A stretch of 64,000 nucleotides of DNA, taken from Candidatus Sericytochromatia bacterium (GTDB lineage Bacteria; Cyanobacteriota; Sericytochromatia; UBA7694; JACMQJ01). Position numbers and translations under genes: made by a program. Where the stretch lies: assembly GCA_026004035.1 (NCBI GenBank), contig BPII01000006.1:80428-144427 (forward strand), written 5' to 3'. How positions within the stretch are numbered: position 1 is the stretch's first letter; each line of letters begins with the position of its first letter. The notes below the pieces were generated by a model. That model was not told the DNA's origin and searched no databases. It saw nothing but the letters and a program-made list of their open reading frames with translations. Shown in pieces: positions 43,634 to 54,917 of the stretch.

Positions 43634-44125
43634 TCAAAATTTAGACCATTTATAGTTAGCACATTGTCCAGGTCCAGAAAAAACTTTTACATTGATTTCA
43701 TTAATTCTAAACAATTCTAATTCTTGTTTATTTTTAGTTAATTCATCAACAAAAATTCTTGAAAATTCTTCTAAAGTAGCATTTTCTATATCTAATAATA
43801 ATACATCTCTTTTTAAAAAAGACATCTTTTCATTATTAAAATAAATATATACATATTTTTCATCTTCTTCTATTTTTAAATATTTTGACAATCTTGGTAT
43901 TATAAATATTTCATTAAATTTTTTGCATAAATTCATTATTCTATCTTTATAAATTCCATAATCAAAACACATTCCATTTTCTAAAATATCAGCATTTATA
44001 GAGACATAGACATTAAAATTATGACCATGTAAATTTTCTCTTTCTGTTTCTGAAAAAATAGTAAAATGTCCAGCTGAAAATTTCATTCCTTCTTTAAAAA
44101 GTTCTATTATCGTATTTCTATTCAA
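43634..44125 (-). CDS. queD: 6-carboxytetrahydropterin synthase (QueD/PTPS family)
   Basis: FSAGHF and ENLHGHNF motifs. TTG start with AAGGAG RBS. Confidence 0.85.
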   Translation of the reverse strand: MNRNTIIELFKEGMKFSAGHFTIFSETERENLHGHNFNVYVSINADILENGMCFDYGIYKDRIMNLCKKFNEIFIIPRLSKYLKIEEDEKYVYIYFNNEKMSFLKRDVLLLDIENATLEEFSRIFVDELTKNKQELELFRINEINVKVFSGPGQCANYKWSKF

Positions 44126-44140
44126 AACTTTTTCTCCTTT

Positions 44141-45163
44141 TTATATAGAATTTACCAATTTTTTAGCTTTATTTACAGCATTATTTATTAAATTTTTATT
44201 TGTCCAAAAATCTTTTTTATTTATAAAGTCTTTTACAAGATTTCTAGCATAAGTTCCTACTGATATACCCTGATATTTAACATTGTTTTGTTTTGCAAGT
44301 TTTGATGTAAGCATATTAGTTCCACCTGATAATAATATATTAACTTCAATATTTTTTTTATAAACATATTTTTTTGTTTTTTTATCAATTTTTTTGTTAA
44401 ATTTCTTATTTATAATATCAGCTATTGCAATTGTTTGCAATGTAGTATTAAAATCATTTATAGAGCCACTCATAGGTATTCCGTCAGCTTGAACTATAAG
44501 TTTATCCTTTGAAATTTCTTTTATTTTTTTTATTCTATTTTCTAATTTAAAATCTGACAAATGATTTCTATCTAAACATATTGAATTATAATTATTAGGA
44601 TTTATTTTAGTTATAAACTCCCATTCTTTTAAAACTATTTCATCTTCATATATACTTGCATGTAATTCTATATTTTCAGCACCATATTCAAGACAAACAG
44701 GTAATATTTTTTCTAAATCTTTATAATTATGATAATAGTCTATTACATTAACAGGACATATAGCACTACAATTTCCGCAACCTATACATTTATTTTCTTT
44801 TATTATTAACTCACTTGGTATAGCATCAGTAGGACAAACAGGAATACACAAATTACACTTTATACATTTTTTATTATTTATAATTGCTTTTCTAACATGT
44901 GGATCACCTTTCATTCCAATACTTATAGTTATAAAAGGTTCTAAAATATTTTGATTACTATATTTAAGTGCTTCTTTTATACCTTTTTTACAAGATATTA
45001 CAATTTCAGGATTAGCTGAAATATCTATACCTTTAGCTCCAGCTAAAGTATAAATAAAACTTAGCCTTTTTACTTCTTCAGGATCTTCATTACCAGCACC
45101 GCATACTAATTTAAAAAAAATACCTTTTTCTAATAAAATTTTTTGTATAAAAAATCTATTCAT
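44141..45163 (-). CDS. ldpA: LdpA-family 2x[4Fe-4S] protein
   Basis: FKLVCGA, YTLAGA..ID and DPHVRKA, two CxxCxxCxxxCP motifs, then IELH, QADG.PMSG and LSGGTN (LdpA C-terminal domain). Confidence 0.85.
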   Translation of the reverse strand: MNRFFIQKILLEKGIFFKLVCGAGNEDPEEVKRLSFIYTLAGAKGIDISANPEIVISCKKGIKEALKYSNQNILEPFITISIGMKGDPHVRKAIINNKKCIKCNLCIPVCPTDAIPSELIIKENKCIGCGNCSAICPVNVIDYYHNYKDLEKILPVCLEYGAENIELHASIYEDEIVLKEWEFITKINPNNYNSICLDRNHLSDFKLENRIKKIKEISKDKLIVQADGIPMSGSINDFNTTLQTIAIADIINKKFNKKIDKKTKKYVYKKNIEVNILLSGGTNMLTSKLAKQNNVKYQGISVGTYARNLVKDFINKKDFWTNKNLINNAVNKAKKLVNSI

Positions 45164-45299
45164 AAATTTTTATTAAGTTAAAATGTAATATTCTTACAAT
45201 TTAATAATAAAGTTAATATTATTAATGTTAATACTATCTTATTTTAAATTTATACTAAACTAAAATTGGTTTGTACTTTTTTAATTTCTGTAAAGCTGA

Positions 45300-45444
45300 G
45301 TACTTGGATTAAGTTATAGAAAAAATTACCTTCAAAAGCTTATAAATACTAAATTTAAAGTATATTTAAATATAAGCCTTTAAAATGCTTACTATTTAAG
45401 GGATTTTAAGCTTATCAAAAAATAACATAACATTAGTCCAGTGC
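45300..45444 (-). mobile_element. MITE-like element family I, copy 3 (inverted)
   Basis: Reverse complement reads GCACTGGACTAATGTTATGTTATTTTTTGATAAG...TCCAAGTAC and aligns with copies 1 and 2. Confidence 0.85.
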
Positions 45445-45528
45445 TTCAAAATGGAAAATTTATTATTGATAAAATAATATAAATCTACAATGTTTGAGTA
45501 CAAGAAGTCTATTTTATAAATAAAAAAG

Positions 45529-48500
45529 CTAACCTGATTGATATAATTCTAATAAATCAGAATATTTGTTCATACATTCTTCTGCTTTATCTATTTTGTC
45601 TAAGTTCTTATAGCAAACAGCCATATTTTTCCATAATTCAGGTTCAAATCCTTTTATAGAAATTGCTTTCTGGTAACAAGCTAAAGCATCTGGAAATTTA
45701 TTTTTCATCAAGAATAAATTACCCATACTAAACCATGCATCGTATATTTCAGGATTTACTTCAACTATTTTTTGATAATTTGATATAGATGAATTAATAT
45801 CATTTTTTTCTTTATATAATTCAGCTATATTCATTAATATTTCTGGATTATCTTGACTTAGTCTTAATGCTCTATTAAAATAATTGAGTGCTTCATTGTA
45901 TTTTTTTTGATTAAAACAAACTTTGCCAATAAGATTCCATGCTTGATAATTTTTAGGATTATTTGATAAAACTTTTTCATGCATTTTAATAGCTTTATCA
46001 TATTCTCCCATCATATTATATGTAATACCTATACTATTTAATGTTTTGTCATTATCAGGCTTTATGCTTAATGCTTTATTGTATAAACTTAAAGCTTTTT
46101 CAAAATCTTTACTAGCTCTATATGAATCAGCTAATTTATTTAAAATATCTACATTTTCTTTTAATAATAATAATTTTTCATAGAACTCTATGGATTTTTT
46201 ATATTTTTTTATATCATAATAAGCACTTCCTAGCGATGACAAAACCTTTAAGTTTTTACTATTTATATAGTAAGCTTTTTCATAACAAGATATAGCTTGT
46301 TTCATCTCACTTCTTGATTTAAAGTAATCACCTAAATCTCTCCATATTTCATCAGGATTATCTCTATTTTCACAATACTTTTCATAATATTGCATAGTTT
46401 TATAATATTTTTGTAAGTATATATAGCAATCACCTATTTTAGAATAAACTTCTATTTTCTGTGGATTTAAACTTAATATTCTTTCGTAAGACTCAATAGC
46501 TTTTTCATATTTTCCCATTTTTTCTAAACAAAATCCATAATTAAACCATGCTTCTTCTATTCTAGGGTCTATTTCTATTACTTTTGAAAAACAGGAAGCT
46601 GCACTTATATAATTTTCTTTATTTAAAAATTCTAATCCTACACTCATCCAAGCTCTTTTATATGTAGGTGCTATTTCTGTAGATTTTTGATATAATTCAC
46701 TAGCTTTTAATCTATTATTTCCTAATTTATAAGCATCGCCTAAATTACAATATACTTCAGGTATATTTGGATTTATAGAAATAGACTTTTCAAAATACAT
46801 TAGTGATTTATCTCTTTCTCCTTTCTCTAAATATAATAATCCAAGATTATTCCATACTTCATAATCTCTAGAATTTACAGATATTGCTTTATTTAAAAAA
46901 TTTTCAGCTGTGTCGAAATCTTTTAAATTTACGTAGCTAAGTCCTATTTTATTTAAAACAAAATAGTTATTTGGATCTATACTCAAAGCTTTACTGTAAT
47001 ATTGAATAGCTTTAGTATAATTTGATATATTAAAATAATTTGTAGCTAGTCTTTTTATAGTCTTGAAATCATTTGGTTTTAATAAAATTAACTTTTCACT
47101 TATTTCTATTGCTTTATTATAATCTTCTAATTCTTCATAACAATCACATAATCTTTCTATTGCTTCTAATGATTTAGGATTTAAATCTATACATTTTTTA
47201 AAACATCCAGCAGAAGAATAAAAAGCTTTTTTATCAAAATAATCATTACCTAATCTAAACCATATTTTTTCAGCATTTTGATTTTTATATAAAGCTTTTT
47301 CATAACATTTTAAAGATTCAGTATAATCTCCAATATTATCGTAATTAACACCTAGTTGATACCAAGCATCTAAATTTTCTGGATTTAATTTTACTACTAT
47401 TAAATATGCTTCTATAGCTTTATCATATCTTTTTAACATTTCATAGTTAAAAGCTAATCTAAACCAAGCTTCTTGATGAGTAGAATATATATTTGTAACT
47501 TCTGAAAATGCACCTATTGCTTTAGAATAATTTTTCTTTTCTTCATAATTTAATCCTATTTCAAACCAAGCTGGAAAACATTTATCATCTATATCTATAG
47601 CATTTTGAAAATATTGTAATGATGTTTGTATATCTTTAAGTTCTTTATAAATATATCCCAAATTGCATAAAACTTCTGTACTTTTACTATTTAAATTAAG
47701 AGCTTCTCTAGCATACTTAATAGCTAAATCATAATCCTTTAGTATTCTATAGCATCTTCCTATTGAATTCCATGCTCTATAATCATTACTTTGTAAGTTT
47801 ATAGAATATTCATATACTTTTATTGCTTCTGTATAATTGTTTAAAAGTTCGTAACAATAACCTATTTTATTACATATATCTAAATTATCATTATCTAAAT
47901 TAAAAGCTTCTTTATAATATCTTAGAGCATTACCTATTTCATCAATTTTTTCATAACATTCAGCCAAATAAAAATAAGGTTTATAATTGTTTGGTATTAA
48001 TTCTGTCAATTTATGGTAAGTTTCTATTGCTAAATAATAATTATTTGATTTTTTATATAGTTCAGCTATAAAATATAAGCTTGAAATATGGTCAGGATTG
48101 TATTTAAGTAATATTTTTAAAGTTTGTATAGCATCGTCGTAATTATCTAGTAAAAATAATACTCTAGTTTTTAAAGCTAGATATAAAATATTTTCTTTTT
48201 CAAAATTAATTAATATATTATATGTATTTATTGACTTTTCATAATCTCCAAGCTTTCTATATATTCTTGCTATAAAATTCCAAGCTTTTAAATTTTTATT
48301 ATTTATTTCTACTACTTTTTGAAAACAGCTAATAGCTTTTAAGTATATTTTCCTTCTAAAGTTTTCACCACCTAAAAGTAACCACAATTCTTCATCAGCA
48401 TCATTTATATTAATTGCTTTTTCTAGATTTTCTAATAAGTAATCATAATTTGATAATTTTTTGTGAGTAATAGCTAATTCTTTGTAAAAAATATAATTTT

Positions 48501-51500
48501 CAGGTTCTAATGTAATAGCTTTTTCATACATTAGTAAGGAAGATTGATATTCTTTCTTTCCAAAAAAAGATTTTCCAAGATAGTAAAATATCTTTGGTTC
48601 ATCTGGTGTTATCTCCATTGCTTTATTTAAGCATTCTATAGCTGAATCAAATCGTTCTCTTTTTATTAATTCTTCAGCAATTTTTATCCATAATTGAGCG
48701 TCTCTTTGATTTAGAGATACAGCTTTTTGATAATTTATCATTGCTGCTTCTAAATCATTTATTTCAGAATATGTAAGTCCTAAATAATAGAATGTTTCAT
48801 AATCTTGAGAATATATTTCAGCTGATTTATTTAGTGAGTATATTGCATCATTAAATTCTTTTGATTTTAAATTAGATATACCTAATTTTTTCCATAATAC
48901 ATAATCATTTTGCCTTATCTCTATTGCTTTTTGATAACATTTAGATGAATATCTAAATGCTTCTTTCTTCTCTAAATTACTGGCAAGTTTAAGCCATTCT
49001 ATATCAGCTTTATCATCATTTTTTAAAGCTTTTGAAAATGCTTCAATTGTTTTATGATAATTTCCAACTTCAAAGTAACAAGTACCTATTCCTTTCCAAG
49101 CTGATAAATCATTTGGAACTATTGATAAATATTTTTCATAACATTGTATAGCATCATCTAATTTATTTAATATTAAGTATATTTTTGCCATTCCGTCATA
49201 AGCACTTGAAAATCCTTGATTTATTTCAGATGATTTTTTATAACATTCAAGAGCTTTTACATATTCTTTTTTATCAGTGTATATATTAGCTATTTCATAC
49301 CATGCTTGATAATTTAAATTATTACATTCTATAGCTTTTTGAAAATTATCTAAAGCTCTATCAATATCACGAATTGAATCTAAAAATATTTTTCCAATAC
49401 TATAATAAGCTTTGTCTAAATTAGGAGAGTACTTTAAAGCACTCTCAAAACAATTTAATGCTAATTCATGTTCATTTATTTCATAATAAACTGTGCCTAA
49501 AGTAATCCAAGATTGTGAATACTCTTTATTAATTGATATTGCTTTCTCTAGTGTTTTTATAGCTTCATTATAATTTTTTATACAAAAATATGACAATCCT
49601 AATTTTTCTAATGTTTGATAATCTCTAGAATAAACTACTATATATTTTTTAAAATGATTTATAGCATCATTATAATTTTTCAATTCAAGGTATGTGTTAC
49701 CTAATCTTTTATGGATTTTAAATTCTCTGGGTGCAATTTGTGTAACTTTTAGAAATAAATTTAAAGCTTTTTCATAATTTTTTTCTTCATATTCTAAATC
49801 ACCTAAACTTTGTAGAGCAAGAAATTCATTATTATCTAAATCATATATTTGTAAATATATTTTCTTTGTTTCTTCTATATTTCCTTTTCTATAATTTAGT
49901 TCAGCTAGTTTATACAAAGTAGAAATATTATTTGGTATTCTTGTTAATATTGCTTCATAAATTTCAATTCCTTTCTCTTCTTGACCATTTAGAATATAAG
50001 CATTTGCTAATGATTCGAGAAAGGATATATTTTCAGGATCATTTTCCAATGCTTTCTCAAAGCAAGCTATTGCTTTTTGATATCTTCTTCTTTGTAAATG
50101 ATTTAAACCTATTTTATGCCAAGCTGAATACAATTTATTATCTAGTTCAACAGCTTTTTCAAAGTTAATAATTGATTCTTCGTAATTTTTTAATTCATAA
50201 TTTATATTTCCTAATGTATATAATATAAATGAATCATCTTTTTTTATGTTATATGCTGATAAACAAAAAGATAAAGCTTCATCATATTTTTCTAGATTAT
50301 ATAAATTATTTGCAAGATAAACTAAAGCAAGATATTCTTTTGAATTTTTGTTTATTATATTTTCATATATTTTGATTGAATTTTGATAATCTTGTAATCT
50401 TTCATAGCATTTAGCCATTTTATATAATAACTTTATATCATTAGGGTAAATTTTAAGAACTTTTTGAAAATATTTTATAGCTTCATCTAAATTATTTAAA
50501 TCAAAATAAATATTCCCAATTTCTAATTCAATTTGATAAATTTCTGGTTTTATTTCTAAAATTTTTTTATAGTTTTCTAAAGCTAATTCTAAATTATTTG
50601 ATTTTTGATAAAGCTTTGCAAGTTTAAAATAAGCGTCTATTATGTTTGGATTTAACGATATTACTTTTTTATAATAATTTTCTGCTTTATCTAATTTATT
50701 ACTCTTTCTGTATATATCAGCAAGTTTAATCATTACTTTTGTATTATTTGAATTTCTTTTTATTTCTAATAAATAATATTTTTCTGCCTTATCTAATTTA
50801 TTCAATTTTTCATATATACCAGCTAATATTTCATATATATCTTCAACAAAATTGTTATCAAGTGCTTTTTCAAAACATCTTATAGATGATTCATAATTTC
50901 CTTTTTCTAAAAATTCTTTACCTAGTTTATACCAAGAACTAGAATCATAAGAATCTAACTCTGTAATTTTTTGATATATTTCAATTGCTTTATCTTTTTT
51001 ATTATTTTCTTCATAAATTTTTGCTATTAATTTAAGCGAATTAATATGTTCAGGATCTATTTTTACTGATTTAGAAAGCAAAGTATATGCCATCTTCTTA
51101 TTATCTTCATCGTAATATATTTTAGATAATTTGTAGTAAATATCAGAATTATTATAATTTAAACTAATTATTTTTTCTAAAATAGATTTTTCTTTATCTT
51201 TTTTTCCTTGTAATTCATAAATTTTTGCTAATGACTTAAGAGTTGGAATATGATTATTTTTTTCCTGTAAAAAAAGTATGTAAAATTTTTCAGCTTTATC
51301 ATAATCATTTAATTTTTCAGATAAATTAGCTATGTTTAGTATATTCTGTATATTATCTGGTCTTATTTCATATATTTTTTCATATATATTTAGTAAATTA
51401 TTTACATCATTATTTTTAGAGTAAATTAATGATAAATTATTTAAAGCTAATAAATTATTTTTATCTATGTCTAAAACTTTATTATATGCTAATATTGCAT

Positions 51501-51992
51501 TTTCAAAATCACCTTTTTTATAATACAAATTTCCTAAATTAAACCAAGCTTGATAAATATTTGGATTTAAATTACAAACGTTTTTGTAAGCTAAAATAGC
51601 ATTATCAATATCTGATAATTTATTATATATACTTGCTATATTAAACCAAATTTGATAACTATTATTATATTCAAGTGCTTTTTTATAATTTTCCAATGCT
51701 TTTTCATTTTCATTTAAGCAAGATAATATATTTGCAGTTAGTAAATAAAAATTTTGATTTTCAAATTCTGTTCCTTTTAATTGATTAATCGTTAATAAAG
51801 CTTCTTCATATTGTTCTAAATTGTTAAGGGTTTGAACTAATTCTAATATTAATTTATAATCTTGAGGATTTTTTTTATTTCACTTTTTAATAAACTAACT
51901 TTTTCTAAATTCAATTCTCTTTCCAAAAAAGCTTTTTGTAATCTATTTGTATCAGCTTTAACTTTAACTTTTTCTTTTTTTATATTATCCAT
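45529..51992 (-). CDS. Giant all-TPR protein (over 2100 aa); probable start 51992 with a frameshift near 51870
   Basis: Continuous 34-aa repeats (AW..LG..Y...G.Y..AI..Y.KA....P). The frame is open upstream of 51696. Confidence 0.9.
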
Positions 51993-52107
51993 TTATTTAT
52001 TCTCTGCATAATAAATTAAATTATAAATTAATAATAAATTGATTTTCTATAAACTTATTCTTTACTATGTTAAATGCGTGTTATATTTTAATTAGATTTT
52101 TTTTTAT

Positions 52108-53586
52108 TTAAGTAATAATATTGCTTCTTTTGTTTTGAAATAATCTCAAAGATAAGAATAAAGTAATAATACTTATTATACAAGCATATGTTATTGATTT
52201 TATTATTGAATCTGCTAAAGCATTTGAAAGTATATTAAGAGATTGTTCGGGTAATGATAATCTTAAATTATAACCAAGTATTTTATGAGGATTTTCATAT
52301 AATTCTTTTAAAGATTCTTTATAAGGTAAAATATAATATTTGAAATTTGTTATTTGAATACCACCTAATATAGAATTTCCAAGAGTTCCACCTATATTTC
52401 TAAATAACTGAATACCAGCAGTTACTTTACCTATATTATTTTTATCAGCGTTTGATTGAGCTATAAAAAGAGTAGTATTTGATATTGAGCCCATACCAAA
52501 ACCTAGAAATATACAAGAAATAATTAATTTTGTGTATGAGAAATCTTTTAATGTTGTTAAAATAAAAAAACCTATTATCATTGATATACTGCCATATATA
52601 ACAAAGTTTCTAGCACCCCATTTATTTATTTTATTTCCTGATAATATCGACCCTGTAGTCCATGATAAAGATAAAAACATTAATATTTTTCCTACTTGAT
52701 TTGAGGTATCTCCTATATATCCTTGAATAAATAATGGCAAAAAATTTATAGTTGAAAATAAGCAAGAAGCAGCAGTAAAATTAATCATAAAAGGAATTCC
52801 AAAAGATGGATTTATAAATTCTCTTATAGGTAATATAGGTTCATCAAATTTTTTCTCATGTTTTATTAAAAATAATAAAAAAACTATTCCAAAAAATAAA
52901 ATTATCATTTTTTGATTATTGAAATTTTTATCTCCAAAGCTTAGTAGCGGATATATAATTAATGTCATAGTTATAGAAAATAAAATAATTCCTCTATAAT
53001 CTATAATTTTATTAGATGTGTGGTTTTGTTTAATATATAAAAATTTTGAGATTAAAAAAATAATTATTATTCCTATTGGAACATTGAAATAAAATGCCCA
53101 ACGCCAACCAATAGTATTATCAAATATTGAACCTAAAACTGGACCAGTTAAACTAGCTATTGACCACATAGCACTAAGTACTGATTGCATTTTTGCTCTT
53201 TTATCATCAGTAAAAATAATTGCAAATAATATATAACTCATTGTTATAAGACCACCAGCACCTATTCCTTGTATTCCCCTATATATTATTAGTTCAATCA
53301 TTGAATTAGAAAGACCACATAATCCTGAACCAATAGTAAATATCAAAATTGCTATTATTGTAAATAATTTGTATCCATACATATCAGATAATTTGCCATA
53401 TAAAGGTAATGTTACAGTAGATAAAAGTATAAATACTACACTAAGCCAAGGATATAATGTTAAACCACCTATTGAAGATATGACAGAAGGCATAATTGTA
53501 GTTGTTATCATATTCTCAATAGCAGCTAAAAACATAACTGTCATTATGCTGAATATAGCTATTTTATTTACTTTATTTTCTACCAT
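52108..53586 (-). CDS. MFS drug:H+ antiporter (DHA2, EmrB/QacA-like)
   Basis: GKLSDMYG, RGIQGIGAGG, GPVLG and WRWAFYFNVPIG motifs, about 14 TM segments. Confidence 0.92.
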   Translation of the reverse strand: MVENKVNKIAIFSIMTVMFLAAIENMITTTIMPSVISSIGGLTLYPWLSVVFILLSTVTLPLYGKLSDMYGYKLFTIIAILIFTIGSGLCGLSNSMIELIIYRGIQGIGAGGLITMSYILFAIIFTDDKRAKMQSVLSAMWSIASLTGPVLGSIFDNTIGWRWAFYFNVPIGIIIIFLISKFLYIKQNHTSNKIIDYRGIILFSITMTLIIYPLLSFGDKNFNNQKMIILFFGIVFLLFLIKHEKKFDEPILPIREFINPSFGIPFMINFTAASCLFSTINFLPLFIQGYIGDTSNQVGKILMFLSLSWTTGSILSGNKINKWGARNFVIYGSISMIIGFFILTTLKDFSYTKLIISCIFLGFGMGSISNTTLFIAQSNADKNNIGKVTAGIQLFRNIGGTLGNSILGGIQITNFKYYILPYKESLKELYENPHKILGYNLRLSLPEQSLNILSNALADSIIKSITYACIISIITLFLSLRLFQNKRSNIIT

Positions 53587-53711
53587 AGAAAAAAATATAC
53601 ATTAATAAATTTAATAAAAAAGAGTATAGATAATAAACTTATTATTAAATTACTTTAAATCAGAGATTTAATCTTATACCAAACTACATAAATAACAAGA
53701 AATAATAATAG

Positions 53712-53791
53712 AATTTGTGATATTACTTTCAAATTAATAAATGCCTAGAAATATTTTCTCTATTTGATAAGAGGTTAATATTAATAAAATA
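53712..53791. repeat. Dispersed degenerate repeat family II, fragment E
   Basis: AAATATTTTCTCTATTTGATAAGAGGTTAATATTAATAAAA resembles the reverse complement of 26877-26920. TTGTGATATTACTTT resembles 54849-54864. Confidence 0.5.
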
Positions 53792-53940
53792 TTTTAATTA
53801 AAGTTAAGTACTTTAATTTTATGTTTAACATTTTTAGAAAATTTTAAATTATAATTAATTTTTTTTAAAATAAAGATATTTTTTATTAAATAACCTATAT
53901 TTTAAAATAAGTTTTTATTTTTGGGGGTAAAAAAAGAAAA

Positions 53941-54657
53941 ATGACACAAGTTGGTTCAACAAGATATGTTCAGCAAGCACAAACTCAAAAGCCTGTTCAG
54001 CAAGCACAAACTCAAAAGCCTGTTCAGCAAGCACAAACTCAAAAGCCTGTTCAGCAAGCACAAACTCAAAAGCCTGTTCAGCAAGCACAAACTCAAAAGC
54101 CTGTTCAGCAAGCACCTAAAGATACTTCTCAAGTAAAAACTCAGCAATGTAATATTAAAGGCCAAGAAGTTAAAGATCCAGGACAAGTAAAATTTAATCA
54201 ACATGAAAATGGCACTGTAAAAACTGTATGTAAATATGCTACTAAAGCAGTAAAAGTAGCAGAAGTTACTGAAAAAGTTGTTGATAAAGCAGCAAAAGTA
54301 GTTTCAGTAGCAAAGCCTGTTGCCCATGCAATTCACCATAGCCCAATTCCTGGAGTTTTATCAAAAACAGCAGCAGTTCTAACACCTGTATCAGCTGCTC
54401 TTGATTTAGCTGACACTATTCACTATGGTAAAAAAGCATCTGAGGCAAAAACTCAAAGTGAAAAAAATAAATATGCTGTTAAAGCAACAATATCAGCTAT
54501 TTCTTTTGGTGTAAGTGCTACGGCAGCTATGACAGTTGGTGCTTGTGCTCTAGCTGGTGTAGGTATGGCTGTTGCAGCTCCTGTGGTTGGTGCAGCAGCA
54601 GTAGTTGGATTAGTAGGATGGGGAGCAAAAGCTGCTATAGATTATTTCTGGAAATAA
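53941..54657 (+). CDS. Hypothetical protein with a Gln-rich tandem-repeat N-terminus and a Gly/Ala-rich hydrophobic C-terminal hairpin
   Basis: (VQQAQTQKP)x5.5, then C-terminal AMTVGACALAGVGMAVAAPVVGAAAVVGLVGWG. No Sec signal. Confidence 0.8.
   Translation: MTQVGSTRYVQQAQTQKPVQQAQTQKPVQQAQTQKPVQQAQTQKPVQQAQTQKPVQQAPKDTSQVKTQQCNIKGQEVKDPGQVKFNQHENGTVKTVCKYATKAVKVAEVTEKVVDKAAKVVSVAKPVAHAIHHSPIPGVLSKTAAVLTPVSAALDLADTIHYGKKASEAKTQSEKNKYAVKATISAISFGVSATAAMTVGACALAGVGMAVAAPVVGAAAVVGLVGWGAKAAIDYFWK
53968..54115 (+). repeat. Perfect 27-bp coding tandem repeat, 5.5 copies
   Basis: GTTCAGCAAGCACAAACTCAAAAGCCT five times plus 13 nt, with no spacers. Confidence 0.97.
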
Positions 54658-54710
54658 ATTTAAAGTACTTTGTAAGTATTATTTATATTGATTTTTGAGA
54701 ATTTTATAAT

Positions 54711-54883
54711 ATTTCTAACCTTAACAATGAAATTAAGAATTAGCTAAAAATATTTTCTTTACTCGATAATTAAAAGAATTATTATAACTTATAAAAATTA
54801 AAAATAATAAAATATTTTATATTTTTTCTATTTAATATTATTATCTAATTGTGAATATTACTTTACACTAAATTTATAGTTTC
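54711..54883. repeat. Dispersed degenerate repeat family II, copy D
   Basis: Reverse complement (GAAACTATAAATTTAGTGTAAAGTAATATT...AGTAAAGAAAATATTTTTAGCTAATTCTTAATTTCATTGTTAAGGTT) aligns to 26709-26950 with an internal deletion. Confidence 0.75.
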
Positions 54884-54917
54884 TAATTTTATAACAATTT
54901 TGATATAATATCTAACT

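Noticed and set aside
43634-44125. 7-deazaguanine DNA-modification (dpd) island
   Set aside because: Only queD is present. No dpdA/tgt, queC, queE or folE is adjacent.
53968-54115. Possible CRISPR array
   Set aside because: The 27-bp units are contiguous with no spacers, are in frame within a CDS, and no cas genes are present. It is a coding VNTR.
53915-54204. Alternative-frame repeat ORFs (LAEQAFEFV, LFSKHKLKS, LLNRLLSLC)
   Set aside because: These are shadows of the stop-free 27-bp repeat. The 53941 frame continues into a full protein.
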